A stretch of DNA of 64,000 bases from an uncultured Bacteroidales bacterium (GTDB taxonomy: Bacteria; Bacteroidota; Bacteroidia; Bacteroidales; FEN-979): the NCBI GenBank assembly GCA_903845055.1, contig CAIMWF010000046.1:11712-75711 (forward strand), in the 5' to 3' direction. The notes under the pieces were generated by a model. That model searched no databases, had not been told where the DNA came from, and saw only the letters and a program-made list of their open reading frames with translations. Of the stretch, positions 16,701-26,293 are shown in pieces (positions within the stretch are counted from its first letter, which is position 1; every line of letters begins with the position of its first letter). The position numbers and the translations under genes are program-made.

Positions 16701-18215
16701 ATGAAGCGCATCTTCAGGTATTTGTTCCTTCTGCCGGTTATTTTTCATCTTGCTGCTTCCGCCCAGGAAAAGGAGAAGACGAAAATCCAGTATTCCGGGA
16801 ATGTATGGCAGTTCAACAAGGATATTTACAAGGACGGTCCGAGGATCCTCGGCAATGTCGTAATGAACCACGACAGCGCTTTCCTTTTTTGTGACAGCGC
16901 ATATGTGAATGAGGCCGAAAACCGGATGATCGCCTACGGCAATGTACGTGTTAAACTCAGCGACACCCTGAACCTTTACAGCGACTCCCTTAAATACGAC
17001 GGCAATACCAGGATCGCTCACGCCAACAGCAACGTCAGGCTGATTGACAACCAGACCACCCTCACTACCGACACCCTGGTGTATGACCGCAATTCCCGGA
17101 TCGCGCAATACGATTGCTGGGGCAAAATCGTGAACGATAAAAACATCCTGGTAAGCCATCATGGTTATTATTACACCGATGCCAAGGAATTCTTTTTCAA
17201 GGAAAAGGTGCTGATGATCAACCCCGAATACAACATGTACTCTGATACCCTCAAGTACAATACCGTTTCGGAGACTGCCTACTTTTTCGGACCTTCGCAC
17301 ATCATCAGTAAAGACAAAACCGATTCCATCTATTGCGAGAACGGCTGGTACAACACCCGTCTTGATATCGCCCGGTTCCGCAAACGGGCCAAAATATACC
17401 ACGAGAACACCTTTCTCACCGGCGACAGTATCTATTACATACGGGAGGTCGGATACGGGCAGGTTTTCCGGCATGCGGAACTGATCGACACCAAGCAGAA
17501 CATCATGATCCTTGGAAATTACGGGGAGATGCAAAGGAAAAAGGGGTTTGCATTCATGGTCGACAGCGCACAGGCGATCATGGTCGATAAAAAGGATTCG
17601 CTGTTCATGCATGCCGATACCATCCGTGCCACATTCGACACCCTTCAGAACATCAGGACCGTTTTTTGCTTTTACAAGGTTAAGTTTTTCAGGCACGACC
17701 TGCAGGGAATGAGCGATTCGCTCGTATGGATGAGCCGCGATTCCACCCTTACCATGTACCATGAACCCGTGATCTGGTCGGAGACCAACCAGCTGTCGGC
17801 CGATTCGATCAGCCTCAAGATGCATAACGGCGAGGCAGACTCCCTTAAAATGTTCAGTTCGGCCTTTATCGTTTCGAAAGATGACACCAACAGTTTCAAC
17901 CAGGTCAAGGGCAGGACGGTCCTTGCCAAATTCAGGAACAACGACCTGTATAAGGTTAAGGTAATTGGCAACTCCCAGACCATTTACTATGTGCGGGAGG
18001 AGGATAAAAGCCTGATCGGGATCAATGTGGCCGTTTCAAGCGACATGCTCATCTACCTGGACAACAACCAGTTCAAAACCATCACCTACATCGACAAACC
18101 CGACCACCACCTCATCCCGGAAAAGGATGTGCCGGAGAATGAGCGGAAACTCAAGAATTTCAAGTGGGAGGAGAAACGCAGGCCGATGAAGAAGTCGGAT
18201 ATCTTTGTCTGGTAA
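16701..18215 (+). CDS. Exported OstA/LptA-like repeat protein (LptD N-terminal-like beta-jellyroll repeats)
   Basis: I moved the start to ATG 16701, which gives a signal peptide MKRIFRYLFLLPVIFHLAASAQ. It carries repeated OstA-like segments (GNVRVKLSDTLNLYSDSLKYDGNTRIAHANSNVRLIDNQTTLTTDTLVYDRNSRIAQY...). Confidence 0.65.
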   Translation: MKRIFRYLFLLPVIFHLAASAQEKEKTKIQYSGNVWQFNKDIYKDGPRILGNVVMNHDSAFLFCDSAYVNEAENRMIAYGNVRVKLSDTLNLYSDSLKYDGNTRIAHANSNVRLIDNQTTLTTDTLVYDRNSRIAQYDCWGKIVNDKNILVSHHGYYYTDAKEFFFKEKVLMINPEYNMYSDTLKYNTVSETAYFFGPSHIISKDKTDSIYCENGWYNTRLDIARFRKRAKIYHENTFLTGDSIYYIREVGYGQVFRHAELIDTKQNIMILGNYGEMQRKKGFAFMVDSAQAIMVDKKDSLFMHADTIRATFDTLQNIRTVFCFYKVKFFRHDLQGMSDSLVWMSRDSTLTMYHEPVIWSETNQLSADSISLKMHNGEADSLKMFSSAFIVSKDDTNSFNQVKGRTVLAKFRNNDLYKVKVIGNSQTIYYVREEDKSLIGINVAVSSDMLIYLDNNQFKTITYIDKPDHHLIPEKDVPENERKLKNFKWEEKRRPMKKSDIFVW

Positions 18216-18228
18216 AACGCTGGAACAC

Positions 18229-20529
18229 CTACCTGATAAAAACTTTTCCTGTTGCAGTTCCATTGTCTCCAAAAACTTTGACGACATAATACCCGGAGGA
18301 TAAATACAGGCTGATCCTGTTCAGTGAATTACCGATGATTGGCTGACGTCTGATCTCCCTGCCCGGCAGATCGTATATAACAATATCCCCATGCATCATC
18401 ACCGGGATATTTACATACACGATATTTTCCGACGCATAGATCCTGATTTTGCCGGAAACGCCATCCGCAATACCTGAAAATGCCGAAAAATGGATGTTAA
18501 ACCGGTGGCCGGTGCTCCCCGCGGAAGCAGTGAAAGAATAGACCGGGTTGACATTCAGATTCTGGCTTTTATTTAACAGGATGTCTTCCAGGTAAATTTC
18601 AGTTCCATGCGGGAATGTCTCCATCCCCGTTGCAGTAATTGTATAGGGATCAGCAATCCCGGCTCTAAGTCCGACCGGCACAACAATCTGTGATGTCAAT
18701 TCAGGAAGGGAGTTGACAGAAAGATTGTCGGCAGGGATTATGGAGTATACCTGCGGACATGCATCGATACCCCATAATTTATAAGCATCATATTCACTGT
18801 CGAATCCTTCGGATGCATTTGCATTAAAACGGATGGAGGTTACATCTTCAAGGTTGTTCCCGATCACTTTCAGGTCAAGTTGTTCAGCAGCGCTGTTTTT
18901 CACATAGATATTTGCCGAATGCACCCGGTTTGTGTTTGGCACGACCATGGAACCTGAACCCTGACCCGTGGTTACATGTACATAGAATCCCTGTTCGGCA
19001 GGTATGGCATAGGGTGTCACATCCGTAGTCAGATAGGAAACATAGCTTGAACCGCTCCACAGGTATGCCGCAGCATCAACATTGGTCCTTGTGACCGATC
19101 CATCCCATTTAACGGCAGAGGGAAATGCATTGCCTACGAGGTTGAATCCCCTGGCATCTGTTGCTCCGGTATTTGTCAACCCGCTTATTGTCTGGTTGCC
19201 TGAATTCAATGAGCCACCTGTATAGGTGATTATTCCATTCGAGGTTGTCGCAGCGGAATATCCTTTTTTGGGAAGGAGCGGGGTCGTGAGAGGCAAGGTC
19301 ATTGGCGCCCATGTGTTTCCCGGTTCATCCCAGTAATTCAGAAGTGCCCCGAGAAATGAATTGATGGAACCACCCGAGACAGGTGAGGATACATAATGCC
19401 ATGTGATAGTGGCAGGCGGCCAGGTGCCATCCCAGTTGCCGGTCATATAACGCTGAACGGCCGTGGTTCCTGCAACGGTAGTCGTACCCAGGTCGATAAA
19501 CGAACCCGTGGCCCCGGCGTTGGATTCAAGGGTGAAATTACCCCCGACATTTAAAGTGCCCCCGGTGTTGTTGGTTAACCAGGCACCGGGTTTTATATTA
19601 ACATTACCGGTAACATTTGCCCCTGCAGTCAGCGTTGTGTTGGCATTGGCTTTTGAAATAACCACGTTATTGAAATTCTCCGGTCCTGATGTGGCGGAAT
19701 ATTCAAGGTCATAATAATAATAATAATTATCAGTTAAACCACTGGCATCACGGCTTTTTACAGACCCAACACTACCAATGGGATAAGGGTAGGTCACCCC
19801 CGAATTATCGGCATATAAAGCACCTGATAATGCAGAAACGCCCAATTGAAGGTTGGTGCCTGCAGGTATATTAAAATTCAATGTAACTCTTGATGTTCCT
19901 GCTGGTACATTGATGGTTACAGTCTGTTGCACGACTCCCGATGAATTTGCCCAATAAAAAGTCCGGTTCCCGGAAGTAACAGCTTGCACATTTGCTGTTT
20001 TTAGTGTAAATGGTGCTGTACAGTCGAAATTGAGATAATGGGCATTGGCAGAGGTCAGGGTATTTCCAAAAGTTGCTTTTCCCCCGCCAAAAGCAAAAAC
20101 CGATTTGGAAATAGTTGATTCCGTTGTTCCGATAAACTCATTTGTTCCAGTCCCGCAGAAGAACGATCCGTTGTCAAGCCACGTTCCTCCTGTCTGTATT
20201 GCCGCTGTACCCGATAGGGATAAGGTTGCTCCGGAGTTAATTGTTAAATCGCCTGTTACTGTCAACTGGGCGCCACTGACTATATTGATATTGCTGCAGG
20301 AGGAACCCAGGGTCAAATTTCCGGTCCTGACCGGTTGATTGGCAGCAGGACCAATGAGAATGTCATTTGCCGCTAAAGGAACCTGGTTGTTAGCCCAGTT
20401 GGAAGCAGTGTTCCAATCGGAAGAAGTTGTGCCTGTCCATTTCCCTGCTGACCCGACAAAGATGTAGGCTGTTTTTGTTTCTACGTCATTGTCGTACGCA
20501 TTTTGGGCCTTTAATGTAACAGTGTACAA
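18229..20529 (-). CDS. T9SS-sorted surface/adhesin-like protein, apparently 5'-truncated (coding signal continues to 20688, then an in-frame TAA)
   Basis: The C-terminus IRIYASENIVYVNIP...YYVVKVFGDNGTATGKVFIR resembles a T9SS CTD. The N-terminus begins in the middle of a PKD domain (..GLYTVTLKAQNAYDND). The same frame upstream reads YHTCNYDDNGTFTDQSLNTPTSWVWTFSPNTVTYQSG.. up to a TAA at 20689-20691. There is no signal peptide and the only available start is the TTG at 20529. Confidence 0.6.
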   Translation of the reverse strand: MYTVTLKAQNAYDNDVETKTAYIFVGSAGKWTGTTSSDWNTASNWANNQVPLAANDILIGPAANQPVRTGNLTLGSSCSNINIVSGAQLTVTGDLTINSGATLSLSGTAAIQTGGTWLDNGSFFCGTGTNEFIGTTESTISKSVFAFGGGKATFGNTLTSANAHYLNFDCTAPFTLKTANVQAVTSGNRTFYWANSSGVVQQTVTINVPAGTSRVTLNFNIPAGTNLQLGVSALSGALYADNSGVTYPYPIGSVGSVKSRDASGLTDNYYYYYDLEYSATSGPENFNNVVISKANANTTLTAGANVTGNVNIKPGAWLTNNTGGTLNVGGNFTLESNAGATGSFIDLGTTTVAGTTAVQRYMTGNWDGTWPPATITWHYVSSPVSGGSINSFLGALLNYWDEPGNTWAPMTLPLTTPLLPKKGYSAATTSNGIITYTGGSLNSGNQTISGLTNTGATDARGFNLVGNAFPSAVKWDGSVTRTNVDAAAYLWSGSSYVSYLTTDVTPYAIPAEQGFYVHVTTGQGSGSMVVPNTNRVHSANIYVKNSAAEQLDLKVIGNNLEDVTSIRFNANASEGFDSEYDAYKLWGIDACPQVYSIIPADNLSVNSLPELTSQIVVPVGLRAGIADPYTITATGMETFPHGTEIYLEDILLNKSQNLNVNPVYSFTASAGSTGHRFNIHFSAFSGIADGVSGKIRIYASENIVYVNIPVMMHGDIVIYDLPGREIRRQPIIGNSLNRISLYLSSGYYVVKVFGDNGTATGKVFIR

Positions 20530-20766
20530 CCCGGAGTTATTGAATTGTATCTGTGGGTTTTGTGAGGCAGATGATGTCCCGCTTTGGTAGGTTACAGTAT
20601 TCGGGCTGAAAGTCCATACCCATGAAGTGGGTGTGTTTAATGATTGATCGGTGAAGGTACCGTTGTCGTCGTAGTTGCAGGTGTGGTATTATTTGCCGTG
20701 AATTGGACTACTGGCGATATCCATTAGATCATCATAAGGGAAAAATCAAAGAATGGTGATTCCCGG

Positions 20767-21732
20767 TTAGAATACCGACACTTTCAAATATTTGGATGGA
20801 TTGGCCTTGATATCCTCGAGCAGAAGGTTCAGGTCGCGTGCGGCCTTTTCGACCTCCTTGTAAAGCTGGTCGTTGTTAAGCAACTGTCCCACAGAACCTT
20901 CCCCTTTATTGATCTTTTGCAGCGTCAGGTCGAGGTCTGTGATGGCCTTGTTCGCCTGTGCAATGGTTTGGGGGATCCTGGCCTTGGCAAGTGAATCGCT
21001 GATGTTTGACAGGTTGTTCAGGATGTTGGTGATCTTGCCGTTGTTTTTCTGCAGGTTGTCGCTGATAGATTCAAAATTGACAATGATCCGGCCGAGGTTG
21101 TGGCGCTGGGCAATCATCAGGGTGTCGAGGTTGTGGGTGGTGCTGGCAATGCTCGCCAGGGTTTGTTTCACATGCTCGATCGCCTGGATAAGGTTGTCCC
21201 GGGTATTCTTGTTCAGCACCTCCTGGACGATGGTGGCCACGGTATCGATCGAACTGATGAGATTCTCGGCCTTGGTTTTCAGCGGTAGCAGCTGTTTGTT
21301 AACCTCCTGTCCGAGTGTGGCCTCGATCACGGAACTTAAGGTGTCACCGTTTTTTGCCATAACGGTCGAATTACCGGGAATGATCTCCACTTCGGGAGAG
21401 CCCAGCAGGCTGGAACTGAAGATCCTGGCACTTGAATTTTTTGCGATGGGATAGTCCCCCAGGATGTAGAGTTCGACGATGATGTTTTTCGGGTTTTTGG
21501 CATCAAAATAGAGTTTTTTCACCTGCCCCACCTTCATGCCCTTGATGGAGATAGGGTTTGCGGCTACCAGCCCGTTGACCTGGTCGTATACGGCGTAGAA
21601 TGTTCTGCTGGGTTTCAGCAGTTCAAGCCCTTTCAGGTACATCAATCCCCAGATGAGGATGGCAGTTGCCAGTACAAAAACGACTCCGACCTTAAGCTCT
21701 TTTCTGATTTTCACAGTGTCAGTTTTGCGCAA
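20767..21732 (-). CDS. MlaD/MCE-domain protein (outer-membrane lipid asymmetry / lipid transport component)
   Basis: It has an N-terminal TM helix (VGVVFVLATAILIWGLMYL) and an MCE core (GLVAANPISIKGMKVGQVKKLYFD), followed by a long coiled-coil-like C-terminal region. Confidence 0.75.
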   Translation of the reverse strand: MRKTDTVKIRKELKVGVVFVLATAILIWGLMYLKGLELLKPSRTFYAVYDQVNGLVAANPISIKGMKVGQVKKLYFDAKNPKNIIVELYILGDYPIAKNSSARIFSSSLLGSPEVEIIPGNSTVMAKNGDTLSSVIEATLGQEVNKQLLPLKTKAENLISSIDTVATIVQEVLNKNTRDNLIQAIEHVKQTLASIASTTHNLDTLMIAQRHNLGRIIVNFESISDNLQKNNGKITNILNNLSNISDSLAKARIPQTIAQANKAITDLDLTLQKINKGEGSVGQLLNNDQLYKEVEKAARDLNLLLEDIKANPSKYLKVSVF

Positions 21733-21751
21733 ATTTACAAATAATAAATTA

Positions 21752-23104
21752 TCAATTATCCAACAGCCTCCTTGCTTCGTCGGGAGGAATACGCGTTCCG
21801 TTCCTGAAAATCACGATGAAGGCATCGGTTACACCCTTCGCGGCGGCCTCATGCAACACGGTCTCAGCGGCCTGCAACGATTGCTCCTCTCCTATGGTAT
21901 ACTTGAACATCCCCTGGTGCTTGTACATGCTTACCTTGCTGAACCTGGCCAGCCGCGGATCCCCATTTTCAAGCTGAACTGCCGAAGCCGCTATCTGAAC
22001 CTTGTATACCAGGCCCGTTCCCGGAATGGGTTGCGGTTGCTTTTCAACTCTTTTCACCGGATTTTTAACCACCGGCGTGGTGTCATTGTTTCCAGAATCG
22101 GATGAAGACCGGGCTGTATCTGAATCAACTCTTTTTGTATTTGTTTTCCCATGTTTCGCGATGTTCTCACGGTAGGTTTTGAGCGCTTTGAATATCGCCC
22201 AGGAAATATGTTCCTGCCCCTTTTCCGACATCAGGTATTCCTCCTCTCCCGGGTTGCTCAGGTAGCCGGTTTCAACCAGGACACTGGGCATGGTCGTTTT
22301 GTAAAGCACGATGAAACCGGCCTGCCTTACGCCATGGACAGACCCTCCGTGTGGTCCTTCAAGCTGGGTCTGGATGGCCGCCGCGAGGTCGGAACTCTGG
22401 TCAAGATTGGAATTCTGGTAAAGGGAGAAGATGATGTAAGATTCGTCGGCGTTGGGATCAAACCCGTTGTATGTGGACTGGTAATCGGATTCGAGCAGGA
22501 TCGAAGCATTTTCGAGTTTGGCAATGTTGAGATTTGCCTGCGACTTGTGCAATCCCATGACATAAGTCTCCGCCCCCCTGACCGTGTGGTTATTGTTTGC
22601 ATTGCAATGGATGCAGATAAACAGGTCGGCCTTATTCTTGTTGGCGATCTCGGCCCGGCGGTACAATTCTACAAAATAATCCTTATCCCGGGTGTAGATC
22701 ACATGAACATCCTTCATGTTATGCCGGATCAGGTTCCCAAGTTTAAGCGCAATAGCCAGGTTGATGTTTTTCTCCTTTGCCTGAAGGCCACTGGCACCTG
22801 GGTCATGACCTCCGTGGCCGGCGTCGATGACAACTGTCTGTACCGAATTACGACGCTGTGCCGTTAGGGTGGCAGGCAGCATAAAGGCGAGAAGAAACGG
22901 CAGAAGCCGCGATAATCGCGAAATCCGTGATACCGGATTGTTAAAGTATCTTAAAAAGGTAGCGGTCTCGATAATTTTGAGTAGTTTTGGAACCCGAAGA
23001 AAAACGGTCTTCAACGCCTTTTTATTCTGAATTTTTATACCAAACAAAGATAGAATATTAACCTCAGAATTCAGAAAAGAAGTTGTTAACGAAAATATTA
23101 ACAA
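21752..23104 (-). CDS. N-acetylmuramoyl-L-alanine amidase (Amidase_3) with C-terminal SPOR domain; start codon uncertain
   Basis: It contains VVIDAGHGGHDPGA and CIHCNA..., typical of the AmiA/B/C family. The C-terminal YKVQIAASAVQLENG...KYTIGEEQSLQAAETVLHEAAAKGVTDAFIVIF is SPOR-like. The signal-like segment LSRLLPFLLAFMLPATLTAQ lies ~60 aa downstream of the only ATG (23104). That ATG also overlaps the divergent gene, so the true start may be non-canonical and further in. Confidence 0.75.
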   Translation of the reverse strand: MLIFSLTTSFLNSEVNILSLFGIKIQNKKALKTVFLRVPKLLKIIETATFLRYFNNPVSRISRLSRLLPFLLAFMLPATLTAQRRNSVQTVVIDAGHGGHDPGASGLQAKEKNINLAIALKLGNLIRHNMKDVHVIYTRDKDYFVELYRRAEIANKNKADLFICIHCNANNNHTVRGAETYVMGLHKSQANLNIAKLENASILLESDYQSTYNGFDPNADESYIIFSLYQNSNLDQSSDLAAAIQTQLEGPHGGSVHGVRQAGFIVLYKTTMPSVLVETGYLSNPGEEEYLMSEKGQEHISWAIFKALKTYRENIAKHGKTNTKRVDSDTARSSSDSGNNDTTPVVKNPVKRVEKQPQPIPGTGLVYKVQIAASAVQLENGDPRLARFSKVSMYKHQGMFKYTIGEEQSLQAAETVLHEAAAKGVTDAFIVIFRNGTRIPPDEARRLLDN

Positions 23105-25773
23105 GGTCTTTACTACATACTCTTTTTTTGCTCCTTTTCTACCTGAATGTGACGAGTACAGTTGCCCAGGATACGATACGACAGAAGAAAGGGGACAAGG
23201 TTTTTGTGCCTGAAGGTCAGATTACCACCACTTCAAGGGATTCCGTCAGGACAGTTACCATCCGGCATGATTCGGCCCGCACCGACACAACGGTTCATGA
23301 TACGCTGGCGCCAAAAAAAAAGGCAAAGAAAAACTCGCTTGATGCCCGCGTAGATTACTCCGCAAAAGATTCCCTTCGTTTTGAAATCAAGGGTCAGAAG
23401 GTTTATCTGTATACCGAGGGCGTAATCAAATACAAGGACATCAGCCTGAAGTCGGCGTATGTCGAAATCGATTTTCCTAAAAACCTGGTATATGCCACCG
23501 GGGTAAAGGATTCCACCGGCAAGTACGTTCACACACCCGAATTCCAGGAAGGCACCCAGATCTTCAAATCCAAGATCATCAACTACAACTATACCACAAA
23601 AAAGGGCTATATCAACACGGTATTTACCAAGCAGGACGAAGGGTATCTGCACGGAACGATTGTGAAGAAGATGGAAAACAACATCACCTACATGAAATCG
23701 GGTTCATACACCACCTGCGATCTGGAGGAGAACCCGCACTTCGCCTTCCGGTTCAACAAGGGTAAGGTGATTCCTGGCAAACGGGTCATAACAGGCCCCG
23801 CCTATATGGAAATTGCCGGCGTGGCTACCCCGCTGGTCATCCCGTTTGGGTTTTTCCCTAACCGCACTGGCCGGCGTTCGGGTATCATTATCGGCACGTA
23901 CAACGAATCGGCAAACCGCGGTTTCTATTTTGAAAATTTCGGATATTACTGGGGAATCAGCCCCTACATGGACCTCACGGTTCATTTCGACATCTATACC
24001 CGCGGCAGTTGGGCCATCAAACCGTCGTTCAGGTATAACAAAAGATACCATTACAACGGAGGGTTCAATTTTAACTATGCCTACAATATTATTGGGGAAC
24101 CGGGAACACCCGGCTACCAGATTTCGAAAGATTTCCAGTTGAGGTGGGTGCACTCACAGGATCCGAAAGCCCGCCCCCACAGCTCATTTTCAGCAAATGT
24201 CAACATTGTCAGCAACAGTTTTAACAAAAACACCATCACAACCAGTGCCCAGACTTACCTGTCGAATACGTTCCAGTCGAGCATCTCCTATTCGACCAAT
24301 TTTGACAGTAAATATTACCTGACGATGAGTGCGCAACACAGCCAGAACACACTCAACAAATCCATCAATGTAACCCTTCCGCAACTTACCTTCTCGGTGA
24401 ACCAGTTTTATCCCTTCCGGAAGGAAAATCATGTCGGGAAGGTAAAATGGTATGAGCAGATCAGTATGAAGTACAGCACCGATCTCGAAAACATGTACAC
24501 CACCAACGATGCCAACTTTATGAAAGGAAACTGGGTCGATTCACTCCGTAACGGCATGAAACACAGCTTCCCGATCAACGGAACCTTCAAGGTTCTCAAG
24601 TATTTCAGCTGGGGGAACAGCATCACGATCAATGACCGGATGTACAGCAAAACGGTAAGGAGGTACTTCCAGGCCGACACCCTCACTGCGAATGGAATAA
24701 CGAGTCTGCCCGGGTATAAAACGCGATATGTCTCGGGTTTTGCCAACGCCTTCGATTTTTCAATGTCCACCTCGCTGAGTACCACGATTTATGGCATGTA
24801 CCAGTTTAAAGGGAAAATGATCAAAGCCGTCCGCCATATTATCAGGCCGTCTGTCAGTTTTTCATACAACCCCAACTGGGGAGCCCCGGGACTGGGGTAT
24901 TACCGTCCCATCGCAAACGACACCAACCGTATAGCCGGGAAATATTCGATATTCGACAACTCCCTGTATGGCGGCCCCCCGGGACAAAAATCGGGGAGTA
25001 TCAACTTCTATATCAGCAATAACCTCGAAATGAAGGTACGGAGCCGAAAGGACACGGTAACCGGGACAAAAAAAATACCGGTTATTGACGATCTGAACAT
25101 CGGGTGTTCTTACGATGTCGCCCTCGACTCAGTCAACTGGTCACCCATTACCGTAAACGGCCGGACCACGATCCTCCCAGGACTGGCGGTACAATACCGC
25201 AGTGTATGGGACATGTATGCGCGAGATTCGCTGGGCAGGCGCACGAATACTACCGGGTGGAAGGCCCACCACCAATTGCTGCGGCTCGACAATACCTCGT
25301 GGAGCACAGGTTTCAGCTACACCCTTTCGTCTGAGAAGCTTAAAAACAAAAAAACCACCAACAAGGGTACCCCGGCCGAAAGGAAAGACATCATCGATTA
25401 TTATGATTATTACGTCGATTTCGACATCCCGTGGAGTGTATCTTTCAACTATACCTTTTCATACAATAAAGTCTGGACCAATTCTCTTTTCAAAAGAGTT
25501 GCCACCATCAACCAGACCCTTGGTTTCAACGGTCAGCTCAACATCACACCCAAATGGAAGATCACCCTGACCTCCGGCTGGGATTTTGTGGGGAAACAAC
25601 TTTCATACACCTCTATCGATGTTTACCGCGACCTGCATTGCTGGGAAATGCGTTTCGGATGGATCCCGAAGGGGGGCCAGCAAAGCTGGAATTTCAGCAT
25701 CAATGTCAAGGCCTCGATTCTCCAGGACCTGAAACTTAACAAGAAGAAGGACTTCAGGGATTTCTCAAATTAA
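23083..25773 (+). CDS. lptD: LptD-like outer-membrane LPS-assembly protein (Bacteroidota long form)
   Basis: It starts at a TTG and has a signal-like N-terminus LLHTLFLLLFYLNVTSTVAQ. An OstA-like N-domain (VDYSAKDSLRFEIKGQKVYLYTEGVIKYKDISLKSAYVEIDF) is followed by ~700 aa rich in beta-barrel-type alternating aromatic residues. As I recall, it is commonly found divergent from an amidase in Bacteroidota. Confidence 0.6.
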   Translation: MLTKILTRSLLHTLFLLLFYLNVTSTVAQDTIRQKKGDKVFVPEGQITTTSRDSVRTVTIRHDSARTDTTVHDTLAPKKKAKKNSLDARVDYSAKDSLRFEIKGQKVYLYTEGVIKYKDISLKSAYVEIDFPKNLVYATGVKDSTGKYVHTPEFQEGTQIFKSKIINYNYTTKKGYINTVFTKQDEGYLHGTIVKKMENNITYMKSGSYTTCDLEENPHFAFRFNKGKVIPGKRVITGPAYMEIAGVATPLVIPFGFFPNRTGRRSGIIIGTYNESANRGFYFENFGYYWGISPYMDLTVHFDIYTRGSWAIKPSFRYNKRYHYNGGFNFNYAYNIIGEPGTPGYQISKDFQLRWVHSQDPKARPHSSFSANVNIVSNSFNKNTITTSAQTYLSNTFQSSISYSTNFDSKYYLTMSAQHSQNTLNKSINVTLPQLTFSVNQFYPFRKENHVGKVKWYEQISMKYSTDLENMYTTNDANFMKGNWVDSLRNGMKHSFPINGTFKVLKYFSWGNSITINDRMYSKTVRRYFQADTLTANGITSLPGYKTRYVSGFANAFDFSMSTSLSTTIYGMYQFKGKMIKAVRHIIRPSVSFSYNPNWGAPGLGYYRPIANDTNRIAGKYSIFDNSLYGGPPGQKSGSINFYISNNLEMKVRSRKDTVTGTKKIPVIDDLNIGCSYDVALDSVNWSPITVNGRTTILPGLAVQYRSVWDMYARDSLGRRTNTTGWKAHHQLLRLDNTSWSTGFSYTLSSEKLKNKKTTNKGTPAERKDIIDYYDYYVDFDIPWSVSFNYTFSYNKVWTNSLFKRVATINQTLGFNGQLNITPKWKITLTSGWDFVGKQLSYTSIDVYRDLHCWEMRFGWIPKGGQQSWNFSINVKASILQDLKLNKKKDFRDFSN

Positions 25774-25837
25774 CTGTAAACCACGAATCGGCGAAACAAC
25801 CGGAACAAAGATCCTGCGACAAAATATCCTTAAATCC

Positions 25838-25863
25838 AAAATTGTAAATCGTAAATTGTAAAT
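25838..25863. repeat. 7-bp-period micro-tandem repeat (AAAA TTGTAAA TCGTAAA TTGTAAA T) abutting the ridA start codon
   Basis: Read directly from the sequence. It ends at 25863 and the ridA ATG is at 25864. Confidence 0.8.
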
Positions 25864-26247
25864 ATGAAAAAGATCTTCTCCACCCCCGATGCGCCCAAGG
25901 CGATCGGGCCTTACAGCCAGGCTGTTGATGCAAACGGCTTTTTGTTTATTTCCGGACAGATCCCAATTGATCCGGCGACCGGTAAAATAGCTGAAGGCGG
26001 CATCGCCGAACAAACCGAACAGGTTATGAAAAATATCAGGGCGATCCTGGTCGCTGCCGGTCTTGATTTCAGCGATGTCGTCAAATCGACCTGCCTTCTC
26101 AGCGACATGGATAATTTTGCCGCAATGAATGCAGTCTATGGAAAATATTATGCCACTGATCCTCCCGCCCGGGCTGCCTATGGTGTGGTAAAACTGCCGC
26201 TTGGCGCACTTGTGGAAATTGAAACGGTCGCAGCCCGGCCCCAGTGA
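25864..26247 (+). CDS. ridA: RidA/YjgF/L-PSP family reactive-intermediate deaminase
   Basis: It is 127 aa with APKAIGPYSQAV..GFLFISGQIPIDPATGK and a C-terminal ARAAYGVVKLPLGALVEIE, all typical of RidA. Confidence 0.9.
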   Translation: MKKIFSTPDAPKAIGPYSQAVDANGFLFISGQIPIDPATGKIAEGGIAEQTEQVMKNIRAILVAAGLDFSDVVKSTCLLSDMDNFAAMNAVYGKYYATDPPARAAYGVVKLPLGALVEIETVAARPQ

Positions 26248-26256
26248 ATTGACGGT

Positions 26257-26287
26257 TTTACCATTTTACCATTTTGCATTTTGCCAT
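26257..26287. repeat. 7-8-bp-period micro-tandem repeat (TTTTACCA TTTTACCA TTTTGCA TTTTGCCA T) between convergent ridA and the CHAT gene
   Basis: Read directly from the sequence. The reverse complement is AAAATGC AAAATGGT AAAATGGT AAAA, the same unit family as 14568-14592 and 46210-46231. Confidence 0.8.
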
Positions 26288-26293
26288 CTTCTC

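Noticed and set aside
16650-17825. 391-aa minus-strand ORF antisense to the OstA-like gene
   Set aside because: It carries no recognisable motifs and lies antisense to a gene with a signal peptide and repeat structure. The same reasoning applies to 37287-38039 (antisense to tgt), 38210-38983 (antisense to the LptF/G-like gene) and 50760-51656 (antisense to gpmA).
23025-23076. 9-bp inverted repeat TTCTGAATT ... AATTCAGAA (34-nt spacer) in the amidase / LptD-like divergent region
   Set aside because: A single 9-bp inverted repeat in AT-rich DNA could arise by chance. It falls inside the nominal N-terminal extension of the amidase ORF, whose true start is unclear. I cannot support an operator call from this alone.
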